Below, piece after piece: positions 1 through 9,313 of a stretch of DNA of 48,457 nucleotides. Each line of letters starts with the position of its first letter. Position 1 is the first letter of the stretch. The notes below the pieces were generated by a model. The model searched no databases. It had not been told where the DNA came from and saw only the letters and a program-made list of their open reading frames with translations. The DNA comes from Thiobacillus sp. (GTDB lineage: Bacteria; Pseudomonadota; Gammaproteobacteria; Burkholderiales; Thiobacillaceae). The stretch is taken from NCBI GenBank assembly GCA_051305915.1, contig JBPPMF010000291.1, positions 1 through 48,457 on the forward strand, in the 5' to 3' direction. The position numbers were made by a program, and so were the translations under genes.

Positions 1-937
1 TCTTGCGCGCCGGGAGTACCCAGTCACTCCCGCACGCCAGCCGGTTTAGTTCGCGCAGCGCTGCAACTGCTGAAGCAGGAAGCGGGATGTCGCTTGCCAC
101 CCCGGTCTTGGTGCGTTCGGCCGGCAGATACCAAACAGCCTTGTCCATGTCGAACTCTTCCCAGCGGGCAGCGGTGAGTTCCTGTTTCCGCACGGCCAAT
201 AGCAGCAGGAGCTTCACCGCCAGCAGGTTCTCGATGCTGAACCCCTTGGCGTTGCGTATGGCCTCGAACAGAAGCACGAGTTCATCCCGTGTAAGGGCGC
301 GCTCCCTAGCCTCTTCCTTGCCGCCAGCGTCAGACAGGTCGAAGGCGGCGGCCGGGTTGTACTGGATCATGTTCCGCTTGATGGCGAAGTCGAAGATTCT
401 CCGGGTCCAGCGCAGAACGTCATTGGCTACGGTCGGGGCGCCGCGCTTGACGACTGTTTGCACCATGGCGTCGATGTGGGTTGGCTTCACGTCCTCGACG
501 GCAAGCTTGCCGATATTGGGCTTGATGTCGCGCTCGATCCGGCTGCGCACGATATTGGGGTGCTTCCACCGGCCCATGATGTTGCGGGTGAAGTATTCGT
601 CCGCCAATTGGGCAACGGTATAGGCCAGCTTCCCAGCTTCGATCTTGGCCGAGGCATCCCGCTTGCGTTCCTGCTTCTCGCTGGCCACGTCATAGCCCAG
701 GGACACGCGGGCGCGCAGTTCCTTGGCGGTCTTGCGAGCTTCGGATAAGGACAGCGTGCCATAGCTGCCGATGTTCATGATGCGTGGCTTGCCGTCGAAG
801 CGATAGCGGAAGCGCCAGAGTGGTGTGGCGTCGATTTTGCTGTATCTCAGGTAGAGACCATCGCCGTCGCCCTTGGCTTCGAAGCGTTCACCAGCCTTCA
901 CCCAGCCCCTGATTTGAATGTCTGTCAGCTTGCCCAT
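1..937 (-). CDS. P4-like tyrosine recombinase/integrase with N-terminal arm-binding domain (3' end runs off the window)
   Basis: Absent from the ORF track because it has no stop in the window. Manual translation from ATG 937 (RBS AGGAGAC upstream): MGKLTDIQIRGW..GDGDGLYLR..WRFRYRFDGKPRIMNIGSYGTLSLSEARK..NPAAAF..RERALTRDEL..LLLLAVRKQEL (catalytic Arg box)..ERTKTG..IPL. Confidence 0.95.
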   Translation of the reverse strand, partial: MGKLTDIQIRGWVKAGERFEAKGDGDGLYLRYSKIDATPLWRFRYRFDGKPRIMNIGSYGTLSLSEARKTAKELRARVSLGYDVASEKQERKRDASAKIEAGKLAYTVAQLADEYFTRNIMGRWKHPNIVRSRIERDIKPNIGKLAVEDVKPTHIDAMVQTVVKRGAPTVANDVLRWTRRIFDFAIKRNMIQYNPAAAFDLSDAGGKEEARERALTRDELVLLFEAIRNAKGFSIENLLAVKLLLLLAVRKQELTAARWEEFDMDKAVWYLPAERTKTGVASDIPLPASAVAALRELNRLACGSDWVLPARK

Positions 938-950
938 GTCGTCTCCTGAT

Positions 951-1002
951 GTGTACCAAGACTTTTCCGATGATTTTCGATTTGGTACATGTCTTGGTAC
1001 AC
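951..1002. repeat. Candidate integrase arm-type binding sites
   Basis: Perfect 12-bp inverted repeat GTGTACCAAGAC (951-962) / GTCTTGGTACAC (991-1002), plus direct repeat TTGGTACA at 982-989 and 994-1001. Confidence 0.65.
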
Positions 1003-1110
1003 GCGAATCATAAGACTGAGTGAGGCTGCTTGCAATGTGGTGACATGAATAAGCCGCGTGGATAGAGGCTTATAGTGGGTTTGTGCGACAGGCTGAAATC
1101 GCCTGATACG

Positions 1111-1977
1111 TCACTCGATGTTCTGCACCTGTTCGCGCATTTGCTCGATCAGAACCTTGAGTTCGAGCGAGACGCGCGAGGTTTCCAGCGCCACCGATTT
1201 CGAGCCCAGAGTGTTGGCCTCGCGGTGCAGTTCCTGCATCAGAAAGTCGAGCCGCTTGCCGACAGCACCGGTTTGATTCAATACGTGGCGTACCTCTGTG
1301 AAATGAGTGGTGAGGCGGGAAAGCTCTTCGTCGATATCGGCCTTTTGTGCGGCCAGCGCGATTTCCTGCGCCAGTCGCTCATGCCCGGCTTCGCCCAGTG
1401 CGTCGCGCAGGCGTTCCACTATTTTTTCGCGCTGGGCGGCGACCAGGGTCGGCAGTAGCGGTTGTAGACTCGCCACCTGTGCTTCGGCGGCGGCGAGGCG
1501 GTCGAGAATGTGGTGTTTCAGCTTGGCGCCCTCGCGCAATCGGCTCTCGACCAGTTCGTCCAGGGTTTCGCGCGTACCTGCCAGTGTTGCCACGTTCAGC
1601 GCTTCCTGCGATAACGTGGCGGCCTGCATTGCCCCGGGCCAGCGCAGTATTTCGTTGACGCTTAAGGGTGAACTGTTGGGTAGGCGTTCCAGCACGTCCG
1701 CCTGCCAGCTTGAAAGGCGCTCAAGAACGACCGGATTCAGGCCGTTATCCAACGATGCAGGGGGAGGCGTGGTGAGGCTTATGCGACATTCCACCTTGCC
1801 GCGCGCGAGACGTTGATTGAACAATTCACGCAGTTGCGGCTCCAGCGAGCGAAACTCATCGGCCAGGCGGAAGTGCAATTCGAGAAAGCGCTGATTGACA
1901 CTGCGCAGATCGATGCTGACACTGGCATGGTCGAGGTTGATGCTGTGGGCGGCAAACCCGGTCATGCTGGCTGTCAT
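1111..1977 (-). CDS. yicC: YicC/YloC family endoribonuclease
   Basis: MTASMTGF..LRSVNQRFLE..RGKVEC..DIDEELSRL..GKRLDFLMQELHREANTLGSKS..IEQMREQVQNIE. 288 aa from ATG 1977; close to rph. Confidence 0.96.
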   Translation of the reverse strand: MTASMTGFAAHSINLDHASVSIDLRSVNQRFLELHFRLADEFRSLEPQLRELFNQRLARGKVECRISLTTPPPASLDNGLNPVVLERLSSWQADVLERLPNSSPLSVNEILRWPGAMQAATLSQEALNVATLAGTRETLDELVESRLREGAKLKHHILDRLAAAEAQVASLQPLLPTLVAAQREKIVERLRDALGEAGHERLAQEIALAAQKADIDEELSRLTTHFTEVRHVLNQTGAVGKRLDFLMQELHREANTLGSKSVALETSRVSLELKVLIEQMREQVQNIE

Positions 1978-2078
1978 GGGTGCTTGGATTTGGGTTGTGA
2001 ATAATGATTGCCGGTGCGGAGCCGGGGCGAGTTTTTTCGGCACACCGAGTAACAGGCAAAGATAATAGACGTTCGATT

Positions 2079-3023
2079 ATGGCGACTCAACCCAATCAGG
2101 CGCTGCCCAACGGATACCGGCTGAACGAATACACCATCGTGCGCAAGATTGGTGGCGGCGGTTTCAGCATGGTGTATCTGGCGCGCGACGACAACAACCA
2201 GTCGGTGGCGATCAAGGAATACCTGCCGGGCGCGCTGGTGTTGCGCACTGAAGGCTCGGTCATCGTGCAGGCCAGTTCGGCAGAGAACAACAACATTTTC
2301 CGCCATGGCATGAAGTGCTTTTTCGAGGAGGGCCGGGCGCTGGCGCGCATCGACCATCCCAATGTCATCCGTGTAAGCAACTTCTTCCGCGCCAACGACA
2401 CCGTCTATATGGTGATGCGCTTCGAACGCGGTAAAACACTGCAACAGCATATCCAGGCCAACCGCGGCAGTATCCGCGAAAGCTTCATCCGGCGGGTGTT
2501 TGCACAGCTGCTGAACGGCCTGCGCGAGGTGCATACGCACAAGCTGCTGCATCTCGATATCAAGCCGTCCAACCTGTATGTCCGCCTGGACGGCTCGCCG
2601 GTGCTGATCGATTTTGGCGCGGCACGGCAGACGCTGACCCAGGAGGAAACCAAGCTGCAGCCCATGTACACTCCCGGTTTTGCCGCTCCGGAGCAGTACC
2701 ATAACCGCGAACGGCTGGGGCCCTGGACCGATGTTTACAGTGTGGGTGCCAGCCTGTATGCCTGCCTGGCGGGTTATCCGCCGCAGGCAGCCGATGCGCG
2801 CCTGCTCAACGATAAACTGGTGCCGGCGAAAGTGAACTGGCGCGGGATCTACTCCGACCAGTTGCTGGAAACCATCGATCAATGCCTCAAGCTCAATTAT
2901 ATGGAGCGTCCGCAAAGTGTGTTCAGCCTGCAAAAGGTTCTGATGGACGGCAGCTCGATGAAACCGTCACGGTCGTCGCTGCTGACCAGCATCAAACGCT
3001 CACTGCGTCGCGAATTGTTTTAA
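2079..3023 (+). CDS. Soluble Hanks-type Ser/Thr protein kinase (non-RD, HLD catalytic loop)
   Basis: IGGGGFSMVY, VAIKE, HPNV, LHLDIKPSN, IDFG, APEQ and DVYSVG motifs; no TM segment. Start taken as ATG 2079. Confidence 0.95.
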   Translation: MATQPNQALPNGYRLNEYTIVRKIGGGGFSMVYLARDDNNQSVAIKEYLPGALVLRTEGSVIVQASSAENNNIFRHGMKCFFEEGRALARIDHPNVIRVSNFFRANDTVYMVMRFERGKTLQQHIQANRGSIRESFIRRVFAQLLNGLREVHTHKLLHLDIKPSNLYVRLDGSPVLIDFGAARQTLTQEETKLQPMYTPGFAAPEQYHNRERLGPWTDVYSVGASLYACLAGYPPQAADARLLNDKLVPAKVNWRGIYSDQLLETIDQCLKLNYMERPQSVFSLQKVLMDGSSMKPSRSSLLTSIKRSLRRELF

Positions 3024-3032
3024 GGGATTGTC

Positions 3033-3941
3033 ATGAAATTCACCATCTATCAGGCTTCGCGTCAGGGCGGGCGAAAAAACAATCAGGACCGGGTCGCCTA
3101 TTCCTATAGCCGCGAAGCGCTCTTGATGGTGGTGGCGGACGGTATGGGCGGCCATATGCACGGCGAGATTGCCGCACAGATTGCAGTACAGACATTGACC
3201 GATCAGTTTCAGAAAATGGCCAAGCCCCGTCTGGACGACCCCATGACGTTTCTGGCCGAAACCACGACGCGTGCGCATTTCGCCATCAACGACTACGCGG
3301 TTGAGCAGGACTTGATGGAAATCCCGCACACCACCGTCGTTGCTGCGGTGGTGCAGGACAATACCGCCTACTGGTCACATGTGGGTGACTCTCGGCTGTA
3401 CCTGTTCAGTGACGGCAGTCTGATTGCGCGCACCGAAGACCACACCGCGGTGGCCAAACTGGTGCGCGACGGCATTATCACCGAGGAAGAGGCCGGCCAT
3501 CACCCGGAACGCAACCGGGTGTCCAACTGCCTGGGCGGCTACGTGCCCCCCCAGGTGGAGTGCAATGCGCCGATCCCGTTGAGCGACGCCGACACCCTGC
3601 TGCTATGTACCGACGGCATCTGGGGGACGATCAGCATTCCCGAAGTGTCGGCCTTGTTACATGCCTACACGCTGGAAGATGCTGTGCGTCATCTGATGGA
3701 TCACGCCGAATTCCGCGGTGGCGAACACGGCGACAATCTCAGCCTGATCGCCATGACCTGGGGCGAGGCGCGCATGCCGAGCAAGGATTCGATTTCCACC
3801 CTGGCGCTGCCGGACAGCGGCGTTACCACTCAGATCAACACCATGCGCCCGCTACCTGGCACGCCGGCAGTATCGGACGACGAAATCGAACGCGCCATCG
3901 CCGAAATCCAGCAGGCCATCCAGAAAATCTCCACCAAATAA
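3033..3941 (+). CDS. PP2C/PPM family Ser/Thr protein phosphatase
   Basis: GGRKNNQD, VVADGMGGH, HVGDSR, LCTDGIW and GDNLS motifs; starts 9 bp after the kinase stop. Confidence 0.95.
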   Translation: MKFTIYQASRQGGRKNNQDRVAYSYSREALLMVVADGMGGHMHGEIAAQIAVQTLTDQFQKMAKPRLDDPMTFLAETTTRAHFAINDYAVEQDLMEIPHTTVVAAVVQDNTAYWSHVGDSRLYLFSDGSLIARTEDHTAVAKLVRDGIITEEEAGHHPERNRVSNCLGGYVPPQVECNAPIPLSDADTLLLCTDGIWGTISIPEVSALLHAYTLEDAVRHLMDHAEFRGGEHGDNLSLIAMTWGEARMPSKDSISTLALPDSGVTTQINTMRPLPGTPAVSDDEIERAIAEIQQAIQKISTK

Positions 3942-4015
3942 GCGGCGCACGTACTTTGTGGGTGGGGGCGCCCCCGGCGCGGTAAAATCGCGCTTTCCGT
4001 TTTACCCCATCGACC

Positions 4016-4747
4016 ATGTCCAACCCGATTGTCCGTCCTAGCGGCCGCGCGCCTGACGCGCTGCGCACCCTATCGTTTGCCCGCCAGTTCACCAAGCACG
4101 CTGAAGGTTCGGTGCTGGTCAGCATGGGCGACACCCGCGTGCTGTGCACCGCCAGCGTGCTCGACAAAATCCCGCCGCACAAAAAGGGCAGCGGCGAGGG
4201 CTGGGTCACCGCCGAATACGGCATGCTGCCGCGCTCCACCCACACCCGCAGCGACCGCGAAGCCGCGCGCGGCAAGCAGTCCGGGCGCACCCAGGAAATC
4301 CAGCGCCTGATCGGACGCAGCCTGCGTGCCGTGGTCGACCTGAAAAAACTTGGCGAACGCACTCTGCACATCGACTGCGACGTCTTGCAGGCCGATGGCG
4401 GCACCCGCTGTGCCAGCATCTGTGGCGCCTATGTCGCGGTGGCCGATGCCATTGCCGGTTTGCTCAAAGAAGGCAAGCTGGCCGAAACGCCGCTCACCGA
4501 CAGCATCGCCGCCGTCTCAGTCGGCGTCTATCAGAGCCAGCCGGTGCTCGATCTCGACTACATCGAAGACTCCGATTGCGACACCGACATGAACGTGGTG
4601 ATGACCGGCAGCGGTGGCATCGTCGAAGTGCAGGGCACCGCAGAGGGCACGCCGTTTTCCCGCGTCACCCTTGAAGCGCTGCTCGACTTGGCCACCGCAG
4701 GCATCGAGCAGATCAGCGCGGCCCAGCACGAGGCGCTCGCATCATGA
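4016..4747 (+). CDS. rph: Ribonuclease PH
   Basis: [49 protein letters not shown] and EVQGTAEG motifs. Confidence 0.98.
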   Translation: MSNPIVRPSGRAPDALRTLSFARQFTKHAEGSVLVSMGDTRVLCTASVLDKIPPHKKGSGEGWVTAEYGMLPRSTHTRSDREAARGKQSGRTQEIQRLIGRSLRAVVDLKKLGERTLHIDCDVLQADGGTRCASICGAYVAVADAIAGLLKEGKLAETPLTDSIAAVSVGVYQSQPVLDLDYIEDSDCDTDMNVVMTGSGGIVEVQGTAEGTPFSRVTLEALLDLATAGIEQISAAQHEALAS

Positions 4748-5334
4748 AAAAACTGGTCATCGCCTCCGGTAACGCCGGCAAGCTGCGCGAAATCGCGCGA
4801 ATCCTCGAACCGCTCGAAATTTCCGCCGCGCCGCAGTCCGATTTCGGTGTGCCCGAATGCCCCGAGCCGCACGTCACCTTCGTCGAGAACTGCCTCGCCA
4901 AGGCACGTCATGCCAGCGCGCATACCGGCCTGCCCGCGCTGGCCGACGATTCCGGCATCTGCGTCGAGGCGCTGAACGGTGCACCCGGCGTGTACTCCGC
5001 ACGCTATGCCGGCGAGCCGAAATCCGACCAGCGCAACAACCAGAAGTTGATTGAAGCCCTTAAGGATCAATCCAACCGTCGCGCGCATTACTACTGCGTG
5101 ATGGTGCTGGTGCGCTACGCCGACGACCCCGAGCCGCTGATCGCCGAGGGCCGCTGGTTCGGCGAGATCATCGATACGCCGCGCGGCGAGCGTGGCTTTG
5201 GCTACGACCCGTATTTCCTCGTCCCCGAATTCGGCAAGACCGGTGCGGAACTCGGCGAGGACGAAAAGAACGCCATTTCACACCGCGGCCAGGCCTTGCG
5301 TGAACTGGCCGACAAGCTGAAGCAACTTGGCTGA
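4744..5334 (+). CDS. rdgB: dITP/XTP pyrophosphatase (RdgB/HAM1)
   Basis: [33 protein letters not shown] and KNAISHRG motifs; ATGA overlap with rph. Confidence 0.97.
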   Translation: MKKLVIASGNAGKLREIARILEPLEISAAPQSDFGVPECPEPHVTFVENCLAKARHASAHTGLPALADDSGICVEALNGAPGVYSARYAGEPKSDQRNNQKLIEALKDQSNRRAHYYCVMVLVRYADDPEPLIAEGRWFGEIIDTPRGERGFGYDPYFLVPEFGKTGAELGEDEKNAISHRGQALRELADKLKQLG

Positions 5335-6511
5335 AACGATCATTCGTTTTGCCGGTGGTGGCCTGCAAGTGTCGCCGCCGCTGTCGCTCTACATCCACCT
5401 GCCGTGGTGCGTGAAGAAGTGCCCCTATTGCGACTTCAATTCGCACGCCGCCACCCAGGGTGGATTGCCAGAAGCCGCCTACATCGACGCCCTGCTGCTC
5501 GACCTCGAACGCGCGCTACCCGACATCTGGGGGCGCAAAGTCCACACCGTGTTCTTCGGCGGCGGCACCCCCAGCCTGTTTTCGGCCGAAGGCATCGACC
5601 GCATCCTCACCGGCGTGCGCACGCTGACGCAACTGCTGCCCGGCGCAGAAATCACCCTCGAAGCCAATCCCGGCACAGTGGAAGCCGCCAAGTTCAAAGG
5701 GTTTCGCGAAGCTGGCGTGACGCGCGTCTCGCTCGGTATCCAGAGCTTCAACCCGCGCCATCTCAAGGCATTGGGACGCATTCATGACGATGCCGAAGCG
5801 CGCCGTGCCGCCGAACTCGCCGCCACCCATTTCGACACGTTCAATCTCGACCTGATGTTTGCCCTGCCGGGGCAGACGCTGGCCGAAGCGCTGGCGGACC
5901 TCGAGACGGCGCTGAGCTTCCGGCCGCCGCACCTGTCGGCCTATCACCTCACGCTCGAACCCAACACGCCGTTCGGCCACACGGCGCCGCCGAATCTGCC
6001 CGACGACGACCTGGCCGCCGACATGCATCTGGCGATCGAAGCGCGCCTCGCCGAGGCGGGCATGCAGCATTACGAGACCTCGGCCTATGCACGGCCGCAT
6101 CACGCCAGCCGCCACAACCTCAACTACTGGCAGTTCGGCGATTACCTTGGTATCGGTGCTGGCGCGCACAGCAAGCTGTCTTTCCACAACCGCATCGTGC
6201 GGCAAATGCGCACCAAACATCCGCAGCAGTACATGGATGCGGTGAAAGCGGGCGCACACATCGCCGACACGCGCACCCTCACGCGCACCGACCTGCCGTT
6301 CGAATTCATGATGAATGCGCTGCGGCTGACGGAAGGCGTGCCTGCCGCCTTGTTCGAGGAACGCACCGGCCTGCCGCTGATTGTCTGTGTATCCGCATTG
6401 GAACAGGCGCGTGAGCGGGGACTGCTGGAGCGCGATGCGACCCGCCTGATGCCGACGCTACAGGGGCAGCGGTTTTTGAATGATCTGCTGGGACTGTTTT
6501 TGGCGGGTTAG
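5327..6511 (+). CDS. hemW: Radical SAM heme chaperone HemW (HemN-like)
   Basis: LYIHLPWCVKKCPYCDFNS (CxxxCxxC), FFGGGTPS, TLEANP, HNLNYW and YLGIGAGAHS motifs; follows rdgB. TTG start uncertain. Confidence 0.93.
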   Translation: MAETIIRFAGGGLQVSPPLSLYIHLPWCVKKCPYCDFNSHAATQGGLPEAAYIDALLLDLERALPDIWGRKVHTVFFGGGTPSLFSAEGIDRILTGVRTLTQLLPGAEITLEANPGTVEAAKFKGFREAGVTRVSLGIQSFNPRHLKALGRIHDDAEARRAAELAATHFDTFNLDLMFALPGQTLAEALADLETALSFRPPHLSAYHLTLEPNTPFGHTAPPNLPDDDLAADMHLAIEARLAEAGMQHYETSAYARPHHASRHNLNYWQFGDYLGIGAGAHSKLSFHNRIVRQMRTKHPQQYMDAVKAGAHIADTRTLTRTDLPFEFMMNALRLTEGVPAALFEERTGLPLIVCVSALEQARERGLLERDATRLMPTLQGQRFLNDLLGLFLAG

Positions 6512-6530
6512 AACGCGCCAAACGCCGGCG

Positions 6531-6926
6531 TCAACGCAGACTGTTATCCACGTGCACCATCGCCGAAATCTCGCGGTCCAAGGCCGCTTCGTCGCCAAGG
6601 TTCAACTCCACCAGGCGTCGCAGGTTGGTGATGCTTTCCAGGTCGATTTTCGTGCAATGCATGCCCAGTCGTCCCTGTTCTACATGGGTGACTTCGCCTG
6701 GCATGTTGATGGATGTTCCGTCTTCAGCCAGCTTGACATGGAGGGTACAAGGGTCGCCCATGCTTGCCTGCCATGGCAGGGGCTGCTCGACCAGTGCACC
6801 TTGCAGTGAAATGTCCAGCAGCGTGCAATTATGCTTGCCCGACAGCGTGTCGAGCACGACCTCCGCATCGAATGCAATGCGCGTAAACAGGCGTTTCTTC
6901 TGGTCTGGAAATGTATTCGCATCCAT
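6531..6926 (-). CDS. Single-domain PilZ c-di-GMP receptor, MapZ/PA4608-like
   Basis: RLFTR (RxxxR) and DISLQG (DxSxxG); C-terminal IDLESITNLRRLVELNLGD..LDRE resembles MapZ as I recall it. RBS AGGAG before ATG 6926. Confidence 0.88.
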   Translation of the reverse strand: MDANTFPDQKKRLFTRIAFDAEVVLDTLSGKHNCTLLDISLQGALVEQPLPWQASMGDPCTLHVKLAEDGTSINMPGEVTHVEQGRLGMHCTKIDLESITNLRRLVELNLGDEAALDREISAMVHVDNSLR

Positions 6927-7005
6927 CTGGTCCGCTCCTGTATTTCTATTGTCTTTCAGCATGATGGAACGAGTGGCGGATGGATGCAATGCCTTTCCTC
7001 GCCCA

Positions 7006-7740
7006 TCAAAATCGCTCATCCTCAAGTAGGTACCGCCATTGTCCTGCCGGCAGTTTCCCCAGGGGAACGCGGCCGAGTCGGATGCGTTTCATCGACAGCA
7101 CCTGCAGGCCGACGGCTTCGCACAGGTGCGCGATCTGCCCCAGTTGGGCACCTTTCAGCGCGACCCGCAGACGAGTTTCATTTTGCCAGCTGACCTTGAT
7201 GGCCGGCGGAGTGCGGCCATTGAAGGGGATGCCTCGGTTCAGCCGCTTGAGTCCGTTGGGGGGCAGTTCACCCGCCACTTCGACGATGACTTCGTGTTCC
7301 AGCGTGGCGGCATCTTCGGTCAGCTTGCGTGCCACGCGCCAGTCCTGGGTGAACACGACGAGGCCGCTGGCATCGATTTCCAGCGGGGCGCACAAGCTGA
7401 GTTCGGTGAAGTGTTTTTTCAGCGGACGCAGGCCGGAGATATCTTCTGGCCACAGGGTGGTGGGGCTGAGCAACTGCGATGCGGGGGAAACGCCCGGGTC
7501 GCCATTCTGGAGTGAGTGGTAGCCAGGCGGCTTGTGCAGCAGCAGGGTGACCGGCTCGACCTGGCTGGGGTCGGCCTGAGGGTCGATTTCGATGTGCTGG
7601 TCGGCGACGCGAAAATGTGGTTCTTCGATGACGCTGCCGTCCACTTTCACCCAGCCGCCGGCGATGAGCTGCTCGGCTTCGCGGCGGGAGCAGGCGCGCA
7701 GTTCGGCGACACGTTTGGCAAGGCGGATGGGGTCGGTCAT
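7006..7740 (-). CDS. RsuA/RluF-family pseudouridine synthase-like protein with S4 domain; catalytic motif degenerate
   Basis: RLAK..CSRREAEQLIAGGWVKVDG (S4), LLHKPPGY, SGLVVFTQD and MKRIRLG. GRLD is replaced by APLE. Start at 7740 or 7746. Confidence 0.85.
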   Translation of the reverse strand: MTDPIRLAKRVAELRACSRREAEQLIAGGWVKVDGSVIEEPHFRVADQHIEIDPQADPSQVEPVTLLLHKPPGYHSLQNGDPGVSPASQLLSPTTLWPEDISGLRPLKKHFTELSLCAPLEIDASGLVVFTQDWRVARKLTEDAATLEHEVIVEVAGELPPNGLKRLNRGIPFNGRTPPAIKVSWQNETRLRVALKGAQLGQIAHLCEAVGLQVLSMKRIRLGRVPLGKLPAGQWRYLLEDERF

Positions 7741-7886
7741 GGGCATGGATTTGCGGGGTGAGACGCGAGTTTACCGCTTGGCCAGCGGCGCAAACAGCAG
7801 CGTGTGCATAGCCATCGCTCGAATGCGGTTGTTATCGCGCCTGTGGGCGCGGTATGCTTTTGGACCGTTCAACTCCGGAGAACCCC

Positions 7887-8669
7887 ATGAAAACCGCACT
7901 TGCCCTGTCATTACTGTTTTTCACTACTTCCGCCCTGGCCGCCGTGGTCGGCAAGGATGTCACGTACAAGGCGGGCGATACGGCCATGAAAGGCTATCTG
8001 GCGTATGACGATGCGGTTAAAGGCAAGCGCGCCGGCGTGCTGGTGGTGCCCGAATGGTGGGGCGCGAACGATTACGCGAAAAAGCGCGCGCGCATGCTGG
8101 CCAGCGAAGGCTATGTCGCGCTGGTGGTCGATATGTATGGCAACGGCCAGATCGCCGATAACCCGAAGGATGCCGGTGCGCTGGCCGGTAGTGTGAACAA
8201 GAATCCGCCGCTGGCGTATGCGCGTGTTGACGCCGCGCGCAGCTTCCTCGACAGGCAGCCTAATGTGAAAAAGGGCCAGACCGCCGCGCTGGGTTACTGC
8301 TTCGGCGGCGGTGTGGTGCTCAACATGGCGCGCGCCGGCATGCCGCTGAAATCGGTGGTCAGCTATCACGGCGTGCTGGCCTCCGATCTGTCGCCCAAGC
8401 CGGGTGAAATCAAGGCCAAGATCCGCGTCTTCCACGGCGAGGCCGACCCCATCGTGCCGCCCGTGCAGGTCGACGCGTTCAAGACCGAAATGGCCAATGC
8501 CGAGGCCGACTACATGCTGGTGGCTTACCCCGGCGTGAAACACACCTTCACCAACCGCGAGGCCGACAGCTACGCTGCGCAGTTCGGCCTGCCGCTCAAA
8601 TACGACAATGAGGCCGACACCGATTCGTGGACGCGCACGCTGGAGTTTCTCAAGGCGACGCTCAATTAA
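7887..8669 (+). CDS. Exported dienelactone hydrolase family protein
   Basis: Signal peptide MKTALALSLLFFTTSALA; VPEWWG, GYCFGG nucleophile, HGEAD and YPGVKHTF motifs; GGAG RBS. Confidence 0.92.
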   Translation: MKTALALSLLFFTTSALAAVVGKDVTYKAGDTAMKGYLAYDDAVKGKRAGVLVVPEWWGANDYAKKRARMLASEGYVALVVDMYGNGQIADNPKDAGALAGSVNKNPPLAYARVDAARSFLDRQPNVKKGQTAALGYCFGGGVVLNMARAGMPLKSVVSYHGVLASDLSPKPGEIKAKIRVFHGEADPIVPPVQVDAFKTEMANAEADYMLVAYPGVKHTFTNREADSYAAQFGLPLKYDNEADTDSWTRTLEFLKATLN

Positions 8670-9313
8670 TGGCCGACGCCTGCGATCACGACTGTCATAC
8701 GCCGCGCGGCGGCGGCAGCCTCGGCATTCCGCAAACCGGGCCGTTCGACCCGGTGGCGTTCGAGCAGGCAGTGAATGCCATGCTCGTCGCCTGCGGCGTG
8801 GCCCCGGATTCGGTGCACACCGGGCGTACCGCCGAACGGGTACGCGAGTTGTGGCAGAAGCGCCTGCTCGGCGGCTACGCGATCGAACCCGCCGAGGCGC
8901 TGGGCGAGGGCTTTGCCGACGACCGCGACGACATGGTGGTGGTGCGCGGCATCGCGGTACACGGCGTCTGCCCGCATCATCTGGTGCCGTTTCGCGGCGT
9001 CGCGCACGTGGCCTACATCCCCGGCGGGCGGCTGCACGGCTTCGGGCGCATCGCGCGCATGGTCGACGCCATCGGCCACCGCTTCACCTATCAGGAATGG
9101 ATGACGCGCGACATCGCTGAGGCGCTGGTGAAGCACGGGATGGCGCAGGGCGCGGCGTGCATCATCGAGGCCGAGCAATTGTGTTTGCTGCTGGGCGAAG
9201 ACCGGCGCGGCGACGAACGCGTGGTGACGCAGGCTTTCACCGGCTGCTTCCGCGACAGCGATCAGAAGCGCAACGAGTTCCTGCGCGCGGTGACGCATAG
9301 CGACCTGAAATAG
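8669..9313 (+). CDS. Divergent GTP cyclohydrolase I (FolE-like, T-fold)
   Basis: TAERV, DMVVVRGI, CPHHLVPFRGVAHVAYIP, RIARMV, YQE, EAEQLC and RNEFL motifs. TAATG coupling to the upstream gene. Confidence 0.85.
   Translation: MADACDHDCHTPRGGGSLGIPQTGPFDPVAFEQAVNAMLVACGVAPDSVHTGRTAERVRELWQKRLLGGYAIEPAEALGEGFADDRDDMVVVRGIAVHGVCPHHLVPFRGVAHVAYIPGGRLHGFGRIARMVDAIGHRFTYQEWMTRDIAEALVKHGMAQGAACIIEAEQLCLLLGEDRRGDERVVTQAFTGCFRDSDQKRNEFLRAVTHSDLK

Larger units (their letters stand above)
1..1134. mobile_element. End of an integrative element/genomic island inserted at the 3' end of yicC; att core probably within the last ~24 bp of yicC
   Basis: The integrase starts about 170 bp downstream of yicC on the same strand, with arm-type repeats in between. 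yicC 3' ends are known integration sites, e.g. for Vibrio mobilizable genomic islands. The other att site is outside the window. Confidence 0.75.

Noticed and set aside
3-762. ORFs 3-623 (+), 458-748 (+) and 487-762 (-)
   Set aside because: Shadow frames of the minus-strand integrase, which has clear family motifs.
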